Shown here in pieces: positions 47,676 to 57,837 of a DNA stretch of 58,636 nucleotides (its first letter is position 1; every line of letters begins with the position of its first letter). The stretch comes from an uncultured virus (IMG/VR IMGVR_UViG_2061766007_000575). Taxonomy: Duplodnaviria > Heunggongvirae > Uroviricota > Caudoviricetes. The notes below the pieces were generated by a model. It was not told where the DNA came from. It worked only from the letters and a program-made list of their open reading frames with translations, and did no database searches. The position numbers and the translations under genes are program-made. Location: the IMG/VR virus record IMGVR_UViG_2061766007_000575; one strand, 5' to 3'.

Positions 47676-48203
47676 TCATGCGACCCTTTTCTGATACTCC
47701 TTATAGAGATTTCGCATTGTAACTTCTGTAGTTACTGTTGCATTGCAGTATTTGCACTGTATATGCTCATCATTTACGATGATATCGCCACTATCAATGC
47801 ACTTGGCACACTTATTTTTAACCTGTTCTCCGTCCATGACTTCGGCACAAAGTCTTTCAAAGATATGTCCGCGATTGTTGTTTCCGCGATTGCCATTGAT
47901 TGCATATTCTCTTTCCATATAATCAACAGTGCAAATATCTATTACTTCTCTTGCGTAAGTTTTAAGAATTTCGGTTGTCTGCTTTCTTGCCCAAATTCTA
48001 ACTCCCCAAACCGCGCCGTGACTTTCTGCCTGTTTTTCGGCATAAGTAATAAGGGGAAGTATGCTATCTGCATTTTCGATTATGGCGGCTTTGATTATTT
48101 TATTTTCTACAAAACCGATTGCATAAGTGTGAGTATACTCAATTTCAAAAAGGGTATTCAGGATAATATCTCTGATTTCGGGGTTGACTTTCTTTTCTCT
48201 CAT
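47676..48203 (-). CDS. PD-(D/E)XK-like (D..QxK) nuclease, paralog of 51248 gene
   Basis: NRGHIFERL...SGDIIVNDEHIQCKY..AT. Confidence 0.6.
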   Translation of the reverse strand: MREKKVNPEIRDIILNTLFEIEYTHTYAIGFVENKIIKAAIIENADSILPLITYAEKQAESHGAVWGVRIWARKQTTEILKTYAREVIDICTVDYMEREYAINGNRGNNNRGHIFERLCAEVMDGEQVKNKCAKCIDSGDIIVNDEHIQCKYCNATVTTEVTMRNLYKEYQKRVA

Positions 48204-48396
48204 TTTTTTTGACTTCCTTTCTTTTTCTTTCTATATTTATTATACCAAATTAAATCCGGAAGTCAACATGGTATTTTCACCAAAGAAAACCCGATCTCTT
48301 TGTGCAGATCGCCGGTGCCGGGCACTTTACCACACTAAAGTGCTAAAGTGTTATAGAAAAAAATAAGGGGAGATTTCTCTCCCCAAATTTTAGGAA

Positions 48397-48699
48397 TCAT
48401 TTTCTTTTTTTTNNNNNNNNNNTTTCGGCTTCTTTCTTTTTTTCTTCCTTTTCTTTGAGTTTCATTTTGTAACTCTCGGCTACTCCGTAACCATCGTAAC
48501 CATCTTCATCCCTACCACCTGTAGGAACCTTTACCACAATCTGAACCCACTTATCATTTCCATCTTCATCTACTATCGGAAAAGCGAGTTCATTTGAGTT
48601 TGTCTGAACGACATCCTCTCCGTTTTTCTCAAACATTTCCATAAGGGTTTTGAGGAATCTTTCACGGATTTCATTATCAAGTTTTCTGTTAGTTGCCAT
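48397..48699 (-). CDS. Hypothetical protein, paralog of 43299 gene (3' end in gap)
   Basis: Shared GEDV...FP.VDEDG..WV..VVKVP.G...YDGYG. Confidence 0.75.
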   Translation of the reverse strand: MATNRKLDNEIRERFLKTLMEMFEKNGEDVVQTNSNELAFPIVDEDGNDKWVQIVVKVPTGGRDEDGYDGYGVAESYKMKLKEKEEKKKEAEXXXXKKRK

Positions 48700-48933
48700 T
48701 TTTTTATCTCCTTTCTTTTTCTACTATAATTATATCAGATTTTTAGGGTTTGTCAAGTACTTTTTAAAAATATTTTTTCTTTTCTCAATTTCTATATTTA
48801 TTATAACATAAAATTTTTAATTTGTCAAATTCTTTTTCTCTTTACCACTTTACTTCGCTAAAGTCCCCGGGCAAGATCCCATGATCAGATCGCCCGGGAG
48901 CGGGACTTTACCACAGTAAAGTGGTAAAGTCCG

Positions 48934-49083
48934 TCAGAAAGAAAGAGAAAGAAAACAGAAAGAAACAACCATAAAGGCTCGTAGAATCAAATCCAAAATG
49001 TTAATTTTTTCCTTTATTAACTCAACCATAAAGTCAATGACAAGGACGAGAACAAAAATAATTAATACTATTGTCTTAAACAT
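48934..49083 (-). CDS. Small two-TM peptide
   Basis: GAGGT RBS; hydrophobic 49 aa. Confidence 0.55.
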   Translation of the reverse strand: MFKTIVLIIFVLVLVIDFMVELIKEKINILDLILRAFMVVSFCFLSLSF

Positions 49084-49537
49084 TTTTAACCTCTCTTTCA
49101 AGTCCTTTGAGAACTTCAAGGATGTTGTTTACATCATAAGCAATTCCGTTCCATTCGTTCCGATTGTTGATTTCATCATCAAACAGAATCGCATTTTCAT
49201 CATTCATTACGATTGATTTCGGCGTTCCGTATTCAATAACTTTGATTGCGGAAAACTCAACGCTTGCAAGGTGTTTCTTTAACCAATTCTTTTTTACTTC
49301 GGCAACTTTTTTATTGTATTCAATCGTTCCGTTTTTGGAAGTCCAACTTACAATTCCGATTGCCCATCCGTTTTTTATGAGCCTATTGAGGACACGAGCG
49401 AGAACCTGCATATTGATGAGAGGACGAGCCACAGCGTAGGGTCTGATATCCTCATTTATAAGGTCATTAAGCCATCCATCTACACCGTAAAGATTTGCGA
49501 TTGTTCCGTCCATATCAAACCAAATTTCTCTTTTCAT
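49076..49537 (-). CDS. HAD-family 5'(3')-deoxyribonucleotidase-like protein
   Basis: WFDMDGTIA (DxDGT), IVSWTS, K..WL..HL, ILFDDE..N. Confidence 0.8.
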   Translation of the reverse strand: MKREIWFDMDGTIANLYGVDGWLNDLINEDIRPYAVARPLINMQVLARVLNRLIKNGWAIGIVSWTSKNGTIEYNKKVAEVKKNWLKKHLASVEFSAIKVIEYGTPKSIVMNDENAILFDDEINNRNEWNGIAYDVNNILEVLKGLEREVKNV

Positions 49538-49817
49538 TTTCTGAACTCCTTTCCTCTTTCTATTATCATTATAGCACAATTTTTGGATTTGTCAACCCCT
49601 TTTTTAAAAAATTTTTTTTGGAGAGCGGCACTTTATCGCTTTACTTCGCTAAAGCGCCCGGGCACTCCACTACTTTACATCGGTAAAGCGGCGGTCGATC
49701 TAATCCGGTGACCCGGAGACCCGGCGGGATCTGATCCGATGATCTTGTCGGCGCACCTAAAAAATTTTTTTTATTTTTTTAAAAAAAGTGTTGACAAAAG
49801 ATCCGATCTGTGGTATT

Positions 49818-50085
49818 ATAAGACCGTAAGAGAGAGGGAGACCTCCCCAAGGCGAGAGTGAGGCAACCCTAAGGGGTGACCCACGAGAGTCTGTAAGACC
49901 TCACTCCAAGACCCTTACCGCGCGGAGTCCTGTTGCGCGGTATATAAATGTGAGCCAAGCGCCAAGAACGCAACCCTCGACCTTTGGAATGGGGACGGCA
50001 GGACAAGGTCACCGCGAGTCCGCGGTATAGAAGAGAGGACAAAAGGTGTGGGGATCACCTTAGATTAAAAACTCCCCACTTTTTT
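49818..50085 (+). ncRNA. Putative early ncRNA cassette 2
   Basis: TTGACA-N17-TATTAT promoter at 49791-49819, hairpins GAGTGAGG/CCTCACTC, TACCGCGC/GCGCGGTA, ACCGCG/CGCGGT, terminator GTGGGGA/TCCCCAC-T6; no ORF. Confidence 0.65.
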
Positions 50086-50215
50086 AATGGGATGAGTTAG
50101 CAGTGGCTAACTTCGGCTTGATCCGGCGCCGGATCGACTTTAGCACTCTACTTCGCTAAAGTGCCCGGGCGTACCGGTCCGGCCGATCATGGAATAAAAA
50201 AATCGCCTTTGGGAC

Positions 50216-50344
50216 TTAGTCCCAGAGGCGACCGTGAGAGGCGGCGTAATCCGCCTCCATGAGGAGGAGGTCATCCTCTTCGGCGAGGATGGCGGAGAGG
50301 GTCTCATATTCGCCCTCATGAACTTCCCAGTACTCTTTGAACAT
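50216..50344 (-). CDS. Small acidic protein (42 aa)
   Basis: Promoter + AAAGGAG RBS; MFKEYWEVHEGEYETLSAILAEEDDLLLMEADY... Confidence 0.7.
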   Translation of the reverse strand: MFKEYWEVHEGEYETLSAILAEEDDLLLMEADYAASHGRLWD

Positions 50345-50782
50345 ATTCAAGACTCCTTTCAGTTTTGAGGGTCACTCCCTCTCTCTGATATTATAATAAC
50401 ATAAACCGGGCAGAATGTCAACCCCTTTTTAAAAATTTTTTTTGTTGGGTGATCCGGTAATCCGGCGCACGATCCCGCCGGCCGATCCGGTGGTACTTTA
50501 GTACTTTACTTCGATGGAGTGCCCGGGCAGACGGCCGCGCGCTCAACCTACTACAGTTAGTCGTTGTTAACCAACTGATCCGGTTGATCCGATTCGATCC
50601 ATCTCAATCGGTTGTATCCATTCAATCCGATCTGATCCGATTCACTGCAACCGGCCGACTCGATCCACCGAACCGGCCGATCCAGTCCGGCCGCACTCTA
50701 CTACACTAATTCATTAAAGAGCGGGACGATCCGGCGCGATCGGCCGGAAACATTCTACTAATAAAAAAATCTTCCTATGACA

Positions 50783-51061
50783 TCAAATATCATAGGAAGC
50801 ATATCCGACCTGAACCTTAAACCCATCAAAGAGATAGGTCGCGTAGAAGTCACCTTCTTTGGTCACGCACTCACGCTCGAGCATCTCGATGAAAGCATCA
50901 ACCGCATCCTCATCGTCATACTCACGCATGACCTCGTCCCAATCATCATCGAATCCATCGAAGTCTTCAATGGTCACATCAAGCATATCATCGTGAATCC
51001 AAAGGGTAGCATCATCGCCGAGGTCTTCAATTGCTTTCTTCATCATTTCGTAAGTCATCAT
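50783..51061 (-). CDS. Highly acidic protein, DNA-mimic candidate
   Basis: Promoter + AAGGAG RBS; EDFDGFDDDWDEVMREYDDEDAVD. Confidence 0.75.
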   Translation of the reverse strand: MMTYEMMKKAIEDLGDDATLWIHDDMLDVTIEDFDGFDDDWDEVMREYDDEDAVDAFIEMLERECVTKEGDFYATYLFDGFKVQVGYASYDI

Positions 51062-51247
51062 TTTCTTTCTCTCCTTTTCTTTTCTCTTTCTGTCATTATA
51101 ATATCACAGGTTTAGCTTATTGTCAAGCTCTTTTTTAATTCTTTTTAAGCTTTTAATTAGCTAAGCGGTTAAGTAGCTGAGTCGTTAAGTATTCAGCGTA
51201 TAGCTGGTAAGTGAGGAGCGGCTGAGGAGTGGCAGAGCTGAGCGGGC

Positions 51248-51697
51248 TTATCTAGCCCGCATATCCAGCATCTGCTTCTCGGTGAGGAATGTCGCTCTTT
51301 CATACTTTATCTGATAGGAGACTCCATCGATTACGATGTCGCCAGCCTTGTAGAAGGGCACATTGTCTTTCTTCCAAGTCTGTCCGTACATCTCAGTAAC
51401 GAGCTTTTCAAAAATCTCACCTCTGTTGTACTTGGAAGTCTTGAACAGGTGTTCAAGCTCAGCGGTGGAACAAACCACCTCAGCGCCCAGGGCAATGAGT
51501 GCTATGCGCTGGTCGTTGTTCGGTCTGAACTTCAGAGCCGAGCCAGCGCCACGGCTCGCATCGTCTAATGTTAGCTGATAGGGAAGTACATCAGACTCAG
51601 CGCGGACGGCGTAAACAGTGCCCTTATAAGACACGCCAAAGATATAATGGTGAGTATAAGAATGTTCATTGTAGAAGTCTATCATTGTTTTTTTCAT
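51248..51697 (-). CDS. PD-(D/E)XK-like (D..QxK) nuclease, paralog of 47676 gene
   Basis: NRGEIFEKL...AGDIVIDGVSYQIKY..AT. Confidence 0.6.
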   Translation of the reverse strand: MKKTMIDFYNEHSYTHHYIFGVSYKGTVYAVRAESDVLPYQLTLDDASRGAGSALKFRPNNDQRIALIALGAEVVCSTAELEHLFKTSKYNRGEIFEKLVTEMYGQTWKKDNVPFYKAGDIVIDGVSYQIKYERATFLTEKQMLDMRAR

Positions 51698-52076
51698 TTG
51701 GGGTCTCTCCTCTCTCTTAATTACACCTAGATTATACAGTATAGAATCGGATAAGTCAATCGTCATTTTCACAAAAAATAACGGCCTCAACTTGTGCAAT
51801 ATGACAACGGTCGCCCGGGCGGGGCGGGCCGACTGGGGGCCAGTTTCGGCCGACGATACCGCCTTTTAAAAACCCACTAACCTAGTAGGTAGGGGAACTT
51901 TTGAGGAAATGCCCCACCAGTTAGCACCGGCTAACCGGGGCCTGGAAAATTAGTTCCACGAAATAATTTTTCAATCTTAGTCTACGAAGTGAAAATTTGA
52001 CTTCCTCCCCAATCCATGATATAATAAAAATAGAAGGGGAGAAAAAACCCCTATCCCACGCAAAGAGGTAACCAAA

Positions 52077-53447
52077 TTGAAGAATCGACTTAATTTAGAC
52101 TGGACGCTCTCAACTGCAACAGAACGTTCTGCCTTTTTACAACAATATATGGAAGAGGACATTTTCGCGAAGCGACCCCCAACCGAAGAGGAACTCGAAA
52201 CTATGGCAAACTATTTGCTGTGGGGACAAGATGAAGACGGTTTAAATCCCGATCAGCGTAAAGAAATTCAACTTCCTCGCAAAAACGCAACCTGGGCTTC
52301 GCAAAACATCGAGTCACTTGATGAACTTTTAGAGAGTCCAACTTTTTCGGAGAACTCAATCTATGAGTTTGGGGCTGCCGCACCCAAAAAGGTTAGGGAG
52401 GTTTTTTCGAGGGAAGAACTTCGGACAAAACTAAGCCCCGCACAACTCCAACCTTTTGAGGATTTGTGGGATGAGATTGATCGGATTGAGATAATTATTA
52501 ATTTTTTTGAGTTGGAAAAGGGGAAAAGGACAAAACCACCAAGAAATGAACTTTTGGGGAGATTTTCAAAAGAAGAAATTGAAACGTTGGAGGCGCGAAG
52601 CCAAAAACTTACTCAATTTAGATATTTGAAGTTGAGGCATTTATTGGTAGAACTGCGCCGGCAGCAGTATACGTTGCGCGACTCGGTGCTGCCGCGCATT
52701 TTAGGGTCTACAGACGCTCCGGCGCCTTCTACGTTTGAAAAAAACGAGAATAATTTTGATATAGATGTGCCGGTCTTTCCACTTGGAATTCAAGAGAAGT
52801 TGATTTTTAGAGATTTTGAGGAATTAGTACCAGGAACCTTTAAAGAAGAAGAACTTAAGATTATTTCAGATCTCTATTGGGAGAAAAAAGATGAGGAAAA
52901 ACGTGTACAGCGCGAAAGCAAACCTTACTTTGATTTTAGAGATTTAGAAATGGTTTATCAATTATTTTTGGATTTGGAGGAATTCGCGGCTGACCAAGAA
53001 GGAGAAGACGACTTTTTAAAAACAGGATCGAAGTTATTAGATGCGCTTTGGTTCTATGTGCGCCAGGCCGACCTTCCGCTAATTCAGAGAAAAATTTTGG
53101 ATTTGAAAATTAAGAAGGTTAAGAATCAAGATATAGCGACGATAGTAAATCAGGAATTTGGGAAGAGTTATACGACAAACTACATCAGTACAATTTTTAG
53201 ACAAAAGATTATTCCAACGATTAATGAGGCCGCTATCTACCACGAGAAAATAATTGGAAGTATTTTCTTTGAAGAAGATTTTAAAGTCTGCTCAAAGTGT
53301 GGTCGGCTTTTACTGCGCGACTCCATTAATTTTGTGCGAAGGACTAGGGCGAAGGATGGATTAAGCAATCATTGTAAGAAATGTGATAAAGAAGAAAGAG
53401 AAAAAAAGAAAGGAGGTATTATTAGGTTAGATGGAGATAGGAATTGA
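52077..53447 (+). CDS. Hypothetical protein with C-terminal HTH and Zn finger
   Basis: KNQDIATIVNQEFGKSYTTNYISTIF; CSKCG...CKKC. Confidence 0.7.
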   Translation: MKNRLNLDWTLSTATERSAFLQQYMEEDIFAKRPPTEEELETMANYLLWGQDEDGLNPDQRKEIQLPRKNATWASQNIESLDELLESPTFSENSIYEFGAAAPKKVREVFSREELRTKLSPAQLQPFEDLWDEIDRIEIIINFFELEKGKRTKPPRNELLGRFSKEEIETLEARSQKLTQFRYLKLRHLLVELRRQQYTLRDSVLPRILGSTDAPAPSTFEKNENNFDIDVPVFPLGIQEKLIFRDFEELVPGTFKEEELKIISDLYWEKKDEEKRVQRESKPYFDFRDLEMVYQLFLDLEEFAADQEGEDDFLKTGSKLLDALWFYVRQADLPLIQRKILDLKIKKVKNQDIATIVNQEFGKSYTTNYISTIFRQKIIPTINEAAIYHEKIIGSIFFEEDFKVCSKCGRLLLRDSINFVRRTRAKDGLSNHCKKCDKEEREKKKGGIIRLDGDRN

Positions 53448-53667
53448 ACGTTTTCAGCGCCAACTCCTCGAGTTAGAACCAGTTGAGTTCTTAGGAGTAG
53501 CGACTATTTTAGGAGTTAAAGTTGTAAGTGAAAACGAAGAAAAAACTCCCCTTTCTTTTGAAGAAGTTTTTGTTAACGTGCTTGAAAGCTATCGAAGGCT
53601 TTCGCGCCGGAAACGCAAAAATCTTCACCGACTTCTAGAAGCGGCGGTGAAAAAAGAAAATGATTAA
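53431..53667 (+). CDS. Hypothetical protein
   Basis: Coupled ORF. Confidence 0.65.
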   Translation: MEIGIERFQRQLLELEPVEFLGVATILGVKVVSENEEKTPLSFEEVFVNVLESYRRLSRRKRKNLHRLLEAAVKKEND

Positions 53668-54425
53668 AGGAAGTAATAATATAAAGCCTCCAAAAGACTT
53701 TTTAATTAAGCAGTGCGCCCGATGTGGTGGAAATTTTGGACCAGAAAATTTCTCAAAGACTAAAAGTTGGTTCTATCCAGATGGATATTTACCAGTTTGT
53801 AATGATTGTTTAAAGGCTTATTTGCAGCACTATGAGTTCAATTGGACTTCAGTCAATAAAATTTGTCAATATGCTGATATTCCTTTTATTCCGACCAAAT
53901 GGGAGGAATTGCGCGAGATGAATGGAGATGANNNNNNNNNNGGATCAGGCTATTAAGCTCTGTAAGATTTCTTATGAAATAGATTGTTATATTAGAGAAG
54001 GAAGTCCTGTTGATAAGTTATTAGCTAGTTATGATAAACTAGTTAAGACAGCAGAATTTACTCCGAAAAACGTCAAAAGCGCGAGTGACTTCGATTCTGT
54101 TGGAGAGCTATATAGATGGCTTGAAAAAAGAGGTTGGCGCAACAAGTATTATGACGGAGTGCCGCAAGATATAGTTGACGAAACCATTCAAACTATTGAA
54201 AATTACAATCAACGCTTATATACTAATGAGAGTGGTATTGGCGATGAAATTACGCATAGAATTGAGAATTTAAAACTTGCTAAAGAAATAGAAGAAAAGA
54301 GCTATTACGGAACTAACGAAAAAGAATATGACTTAGACAATTATGATAATGCGGGCTATGAAGGTTTGTTTAAAGATCAAGAAGATGAAGAATTTGATGC
54401 TGAGGTAGATGATTTAGATGTCTAA
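53660..54425 (+). CDS. Zn-finger protein directly upstream of terminase (small-subunit candidate); middle supplied by variant copy 57848..58636
   Basis: CARCG..PVCNDC; acidic C-terminus; position. Confidence 0.55.
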
Positions 54426-56663
54426 AAGAATTTTCAAAGAGAGGAATAAATTAGACGAATCACTTCTACAGCGCGGACAGCGTGAAGGTATTGAAATTGA
54501 GAAAGGGGCTGTTTTAACAGTTCCCTATCTTGAAAAGAATGAAGCATTGTTTCGGAAATATTGCCAGTTCTTTAGTGCTTATCCAGATGTTTTTTTGGAT
54601 ATAATTAAGCCTTCTAGTTCTAATTTTGTTCTTTTCTTTTATCAAAGAATTGTGCTGCGCGCGATTATGCGGTATAAGGAAGTTTATGTTGTGGCCTGTC
54701 GTGCGTTTTCAAAGAGCTTTTTAACAATTCTAGCCATGTTTTTACAATGTGTTTTTATTCCTGGTACTAAACGATTTATTTGCGCCCCTGCAAAGAATCA
54801 GTCGGCGCAGATAGCGCGAGAGAAGATTTTTGAGATTTATACCAATTGGCCACTATTGCGCCGAGAGGTAGTGGGTGGAGATATTACAGATACACCAGGT
54901 AACTTTGGTAAGGATTATGTAACTCTAAAATTTAGAAATGGGTCGCAATTTGACGTTGTCGGCGCCTTAGATAGCCAGCGTGGCGGTCGTCGTAATGGCG
55001 GCCTTATAGATGAAATTCGTGACCACGATGAGGTTGCATTAAACGAAATTGTTCTACCACTTTTGAATGTTTCGCGCCGTCTACCAGATAATACAGTTAA
55101 TGATAAAGAACCAAACCAACAAACTGTNNNNNNNNNNAGCGCAGATAGCGCGAGAGAAAATATTTGAGATTTATACCAATTGGCCGCTATTGCGCCGAGA
55201 GGTTGTAGGTGGAGATATTACAGACACACCAGGTAACTTTGGTAAAGATTATGTAACTCTAAAGTTTAGAAATGGGTCGCAGTTTGACGTCGTCGGCGCC
55301 TTAGATAGCCAGCGTGGTGGTCGTCGTAATGGCGGCCTTATAGATGAGATTCGTGACCATGATGAGGTTGCATTAAACGAAATTGTTTTACCACTTTTGA
55401 ACGTTTCGCGTCGTCTACCAGATAATACAGTTAATGATAAAGAACCAAACCAACAAACTGTTTTTTGTACTAGTGCGGGCAATAAAATTAGCTTTGCTTA
55501 TGATAAATTAATAGATGTTTTTGAAAATGCAATCATTGATCCAAAAAATTCCTTTGTAATGGGTTGTGATTATAGAGTTCCAGTTTTACATGGACTTATT
55601 GATAAGAATTTTATTAATAAATTAAAGTCTTCTCCGGCTTATAATGAAGAGTCATTTGCGCGCGAGTACCTCTCAATTTGGAGTGGTAGTTCGGCAGATT
55701 CTTGGTTTAATTATGATAAGTTGCAGAAGTATCGCAAAATAAAAAATCCGGAAACGCATTTTTCTAATAGAGTTGGGGAGAAACAATTCTACTTATTATC
55801 AGTAGACGTAGGTCGTCTTAATGACCAAACTGTTTGCTGTGTCTTTAGAGTTAATCCTGTTCAGGGTAAGTATATGGCTACCCTGGTTAATTTATTTGTG
55901 CTAGGGCGCACAACTGAAACAAAGCCTTTTGCGATTCAGGCGCGCGACTTAAAAAAGATAATTCAAAACTTCAATCCAAAAGAAGTTGTTATGGATATAA
56001 ATGGTCTTGGTATCGGTCTTGCTGATGAAATGATTAGAAGTCAGATGGATGAAAATGGTAATATATTGCCGCCGTATGGCTTCACAAACTACGATGACTA
56101 TAAGAAGATTCAGCCCAAAGATGCAATTTGTATTCTTTATGGAATAAAGGCTAATGGACCACTTAANNNNNNNNNNCAATATATTGCCGCCGTATGGCTT
56201 TACAAATTATGATGACTATAAAAAGATTCAACCTAAAGATGCAATTTGTATTCTTTATGGAATAAAGGCTAATGGACCACTTAACTCTCAAATTCATGGC
56301 AATGCTTATTCAAGATTAACTAGTGGTAAGGTTCGTTTCTTAATAAAAGAACAAGAAGCAAAAAGTGCTTTACTTGCTACTAAAGCTGGTCAAAAAATGA
56401 CAGTTGAGCAAAGAGTGCGCCGATTGATGCCGCATGAAATGACAACTCGTCTTTTTGAAGAAATGGCTAATTTGCGTTTACGGCGCGCGGGTGCTTCATT
56501 AGATATTGTTCTTGAACATATTAATACGAGGTATCCGGATGATAAATATTCTGCTTTTGCCTATGGTTTGTGGCGAATTAATGAACTCGAAATCGAGGAA
56601 TATAAGCGAGCGCAAAATCGAACTGGTGTGCGCAAGCTAATCTTTTTTACAGGAGGAAGATAA
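54418..56663 (+). CDS. terL: Terminase large subunit (across two gap duplications)
   Basis: YQR, VVACRAFSKS (Walker A-like), GGLIDEIRD (Walker B), FAREYLSIW, LSVDVGR (RNase H), DDKYSAFAYG. Confidence 0.88.
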
Positions 56664-56666
56664 TTA

Positions 56667-57837
56667 GTGGAAGAAAAAGAACTAGAAAGAGTGTCTTCCT
56701 TTTCAAAGACCTTTAAAGAAATGATCGCTAAAAATAATGATACCACAAAATATAAAAATTGGATTTATATAGGACGGTCTCGTCCTTATACTGAGGAAGA
56801 AATCGCGCAAATAATTAGCGGCAGTTCTTTAGAATCTAAACAGAAATTATCCCGAGATTATTTTAACAAGGACGNNNNNNNNNNGATAATACCACAAAAT
56901 ATAAAAATTGGATTTATATAGAACGATCTCGTCCTTATACTGAGCAAGAAATCGCATTAACAATTAGCGGCAATTCTTTAGAATCTAAACAGAAATTATC
57001 CCGAGATTATTTTAACAAGGACGGCTTTTATAAAAGACTTATCATCTATTATGCCACGCTATTAAAATATCAAGGCGTTTTAATACCTAATCCAAGTTTT
57101 GGTCAAGAACTCTCCACTTCTTACATCCAAAAACGATATTTTAATGCGATGAATTTTGTTGATGAGTTAAAGATTCCTGTAGTGGCGACTAACTGCGCGC
57201 TGAAAGCGCTTGTAGAAGGTTGTTATTATGGAATTTTTCAGGTAACTGAAAAAGGTCATGTTTATTTCATTGACCTTCCTACTGCTTATTGCCGGACTCG
57301 TTTTACTGATTTTGCGGGTAATGATATAATAGAATTTAATATAAGTTATTTTGACACGATTATTGACGAAGACGATAGAAAACTTTATTTATCTGCGTAT
57401 CCGAAAGAAGTTCAATCTGCTTATAGAAAATATAAGAAGAACAAATTACGCAATAAATGGGTTATGCTGTCAACCGAATTTACAATTTGTATACCGTTTT
57501 TCTTAGATGGCGGCCCGCTCTTTTTATCTACAATTGAAGATATTGAAAAATATAAAGATGCTGTAGATAATGAGTTAGAACGCGATTTAGAAGAAATTCG
57601 GAAGATAATTGTACAACATATGCCGCATATGCAAGATGGGCGTCTTGTTTTTGAGCCTTCTGAGGCAGAAGAGATGCACGCTGGTGCTGTGGGTATGTTA
57701 AAGGGGAATCCAAATATTAGTGTTTTAACTACTTATGCTGATGTTGAAGCGATAGTTTCTAAAACTTCATCTGATACAGCACACAACAATATTGAAAAAA
57801 TGTTACAGACTGTTTATAATAACGCTGGAACAAGTAG
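56667..57837 (+). CDS. Portal protein (partial, across gap)
   Basis: Directly follows terminase; long helical ORF continuing via 56990-57837. Confidence 0.6.

Larger units (their letters stand above)
43246..51935. repeat. Dispersed intergenic boxes GTTAGC-N4-GCTAAC, CTTTAC-N4-STAAAG and GCCCGGGC
   Basis: Type A at 43258, 43738, 43769, 44386, 45177, 45208, 46042, 46569, 46605, 47239, 47640, 50096, 50556, 51920; type B at 48325, 48848, 48906, 49639, 49673. Confidence 0.9.

Noticed and set aside
43246..51935. CRISPR array or true integron
   Set aside because: Repeats are separated by 0.3-1 kb genes with their own promoters, are shorter than attC sites, and no cas or intI gene is present
54418..56663. 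Split terminase suggesting intron, intein or frameshift
   Set aside because: Breaks coincide with N-gaps and repeated flanks; the protein reads continuously once duplicates are removed
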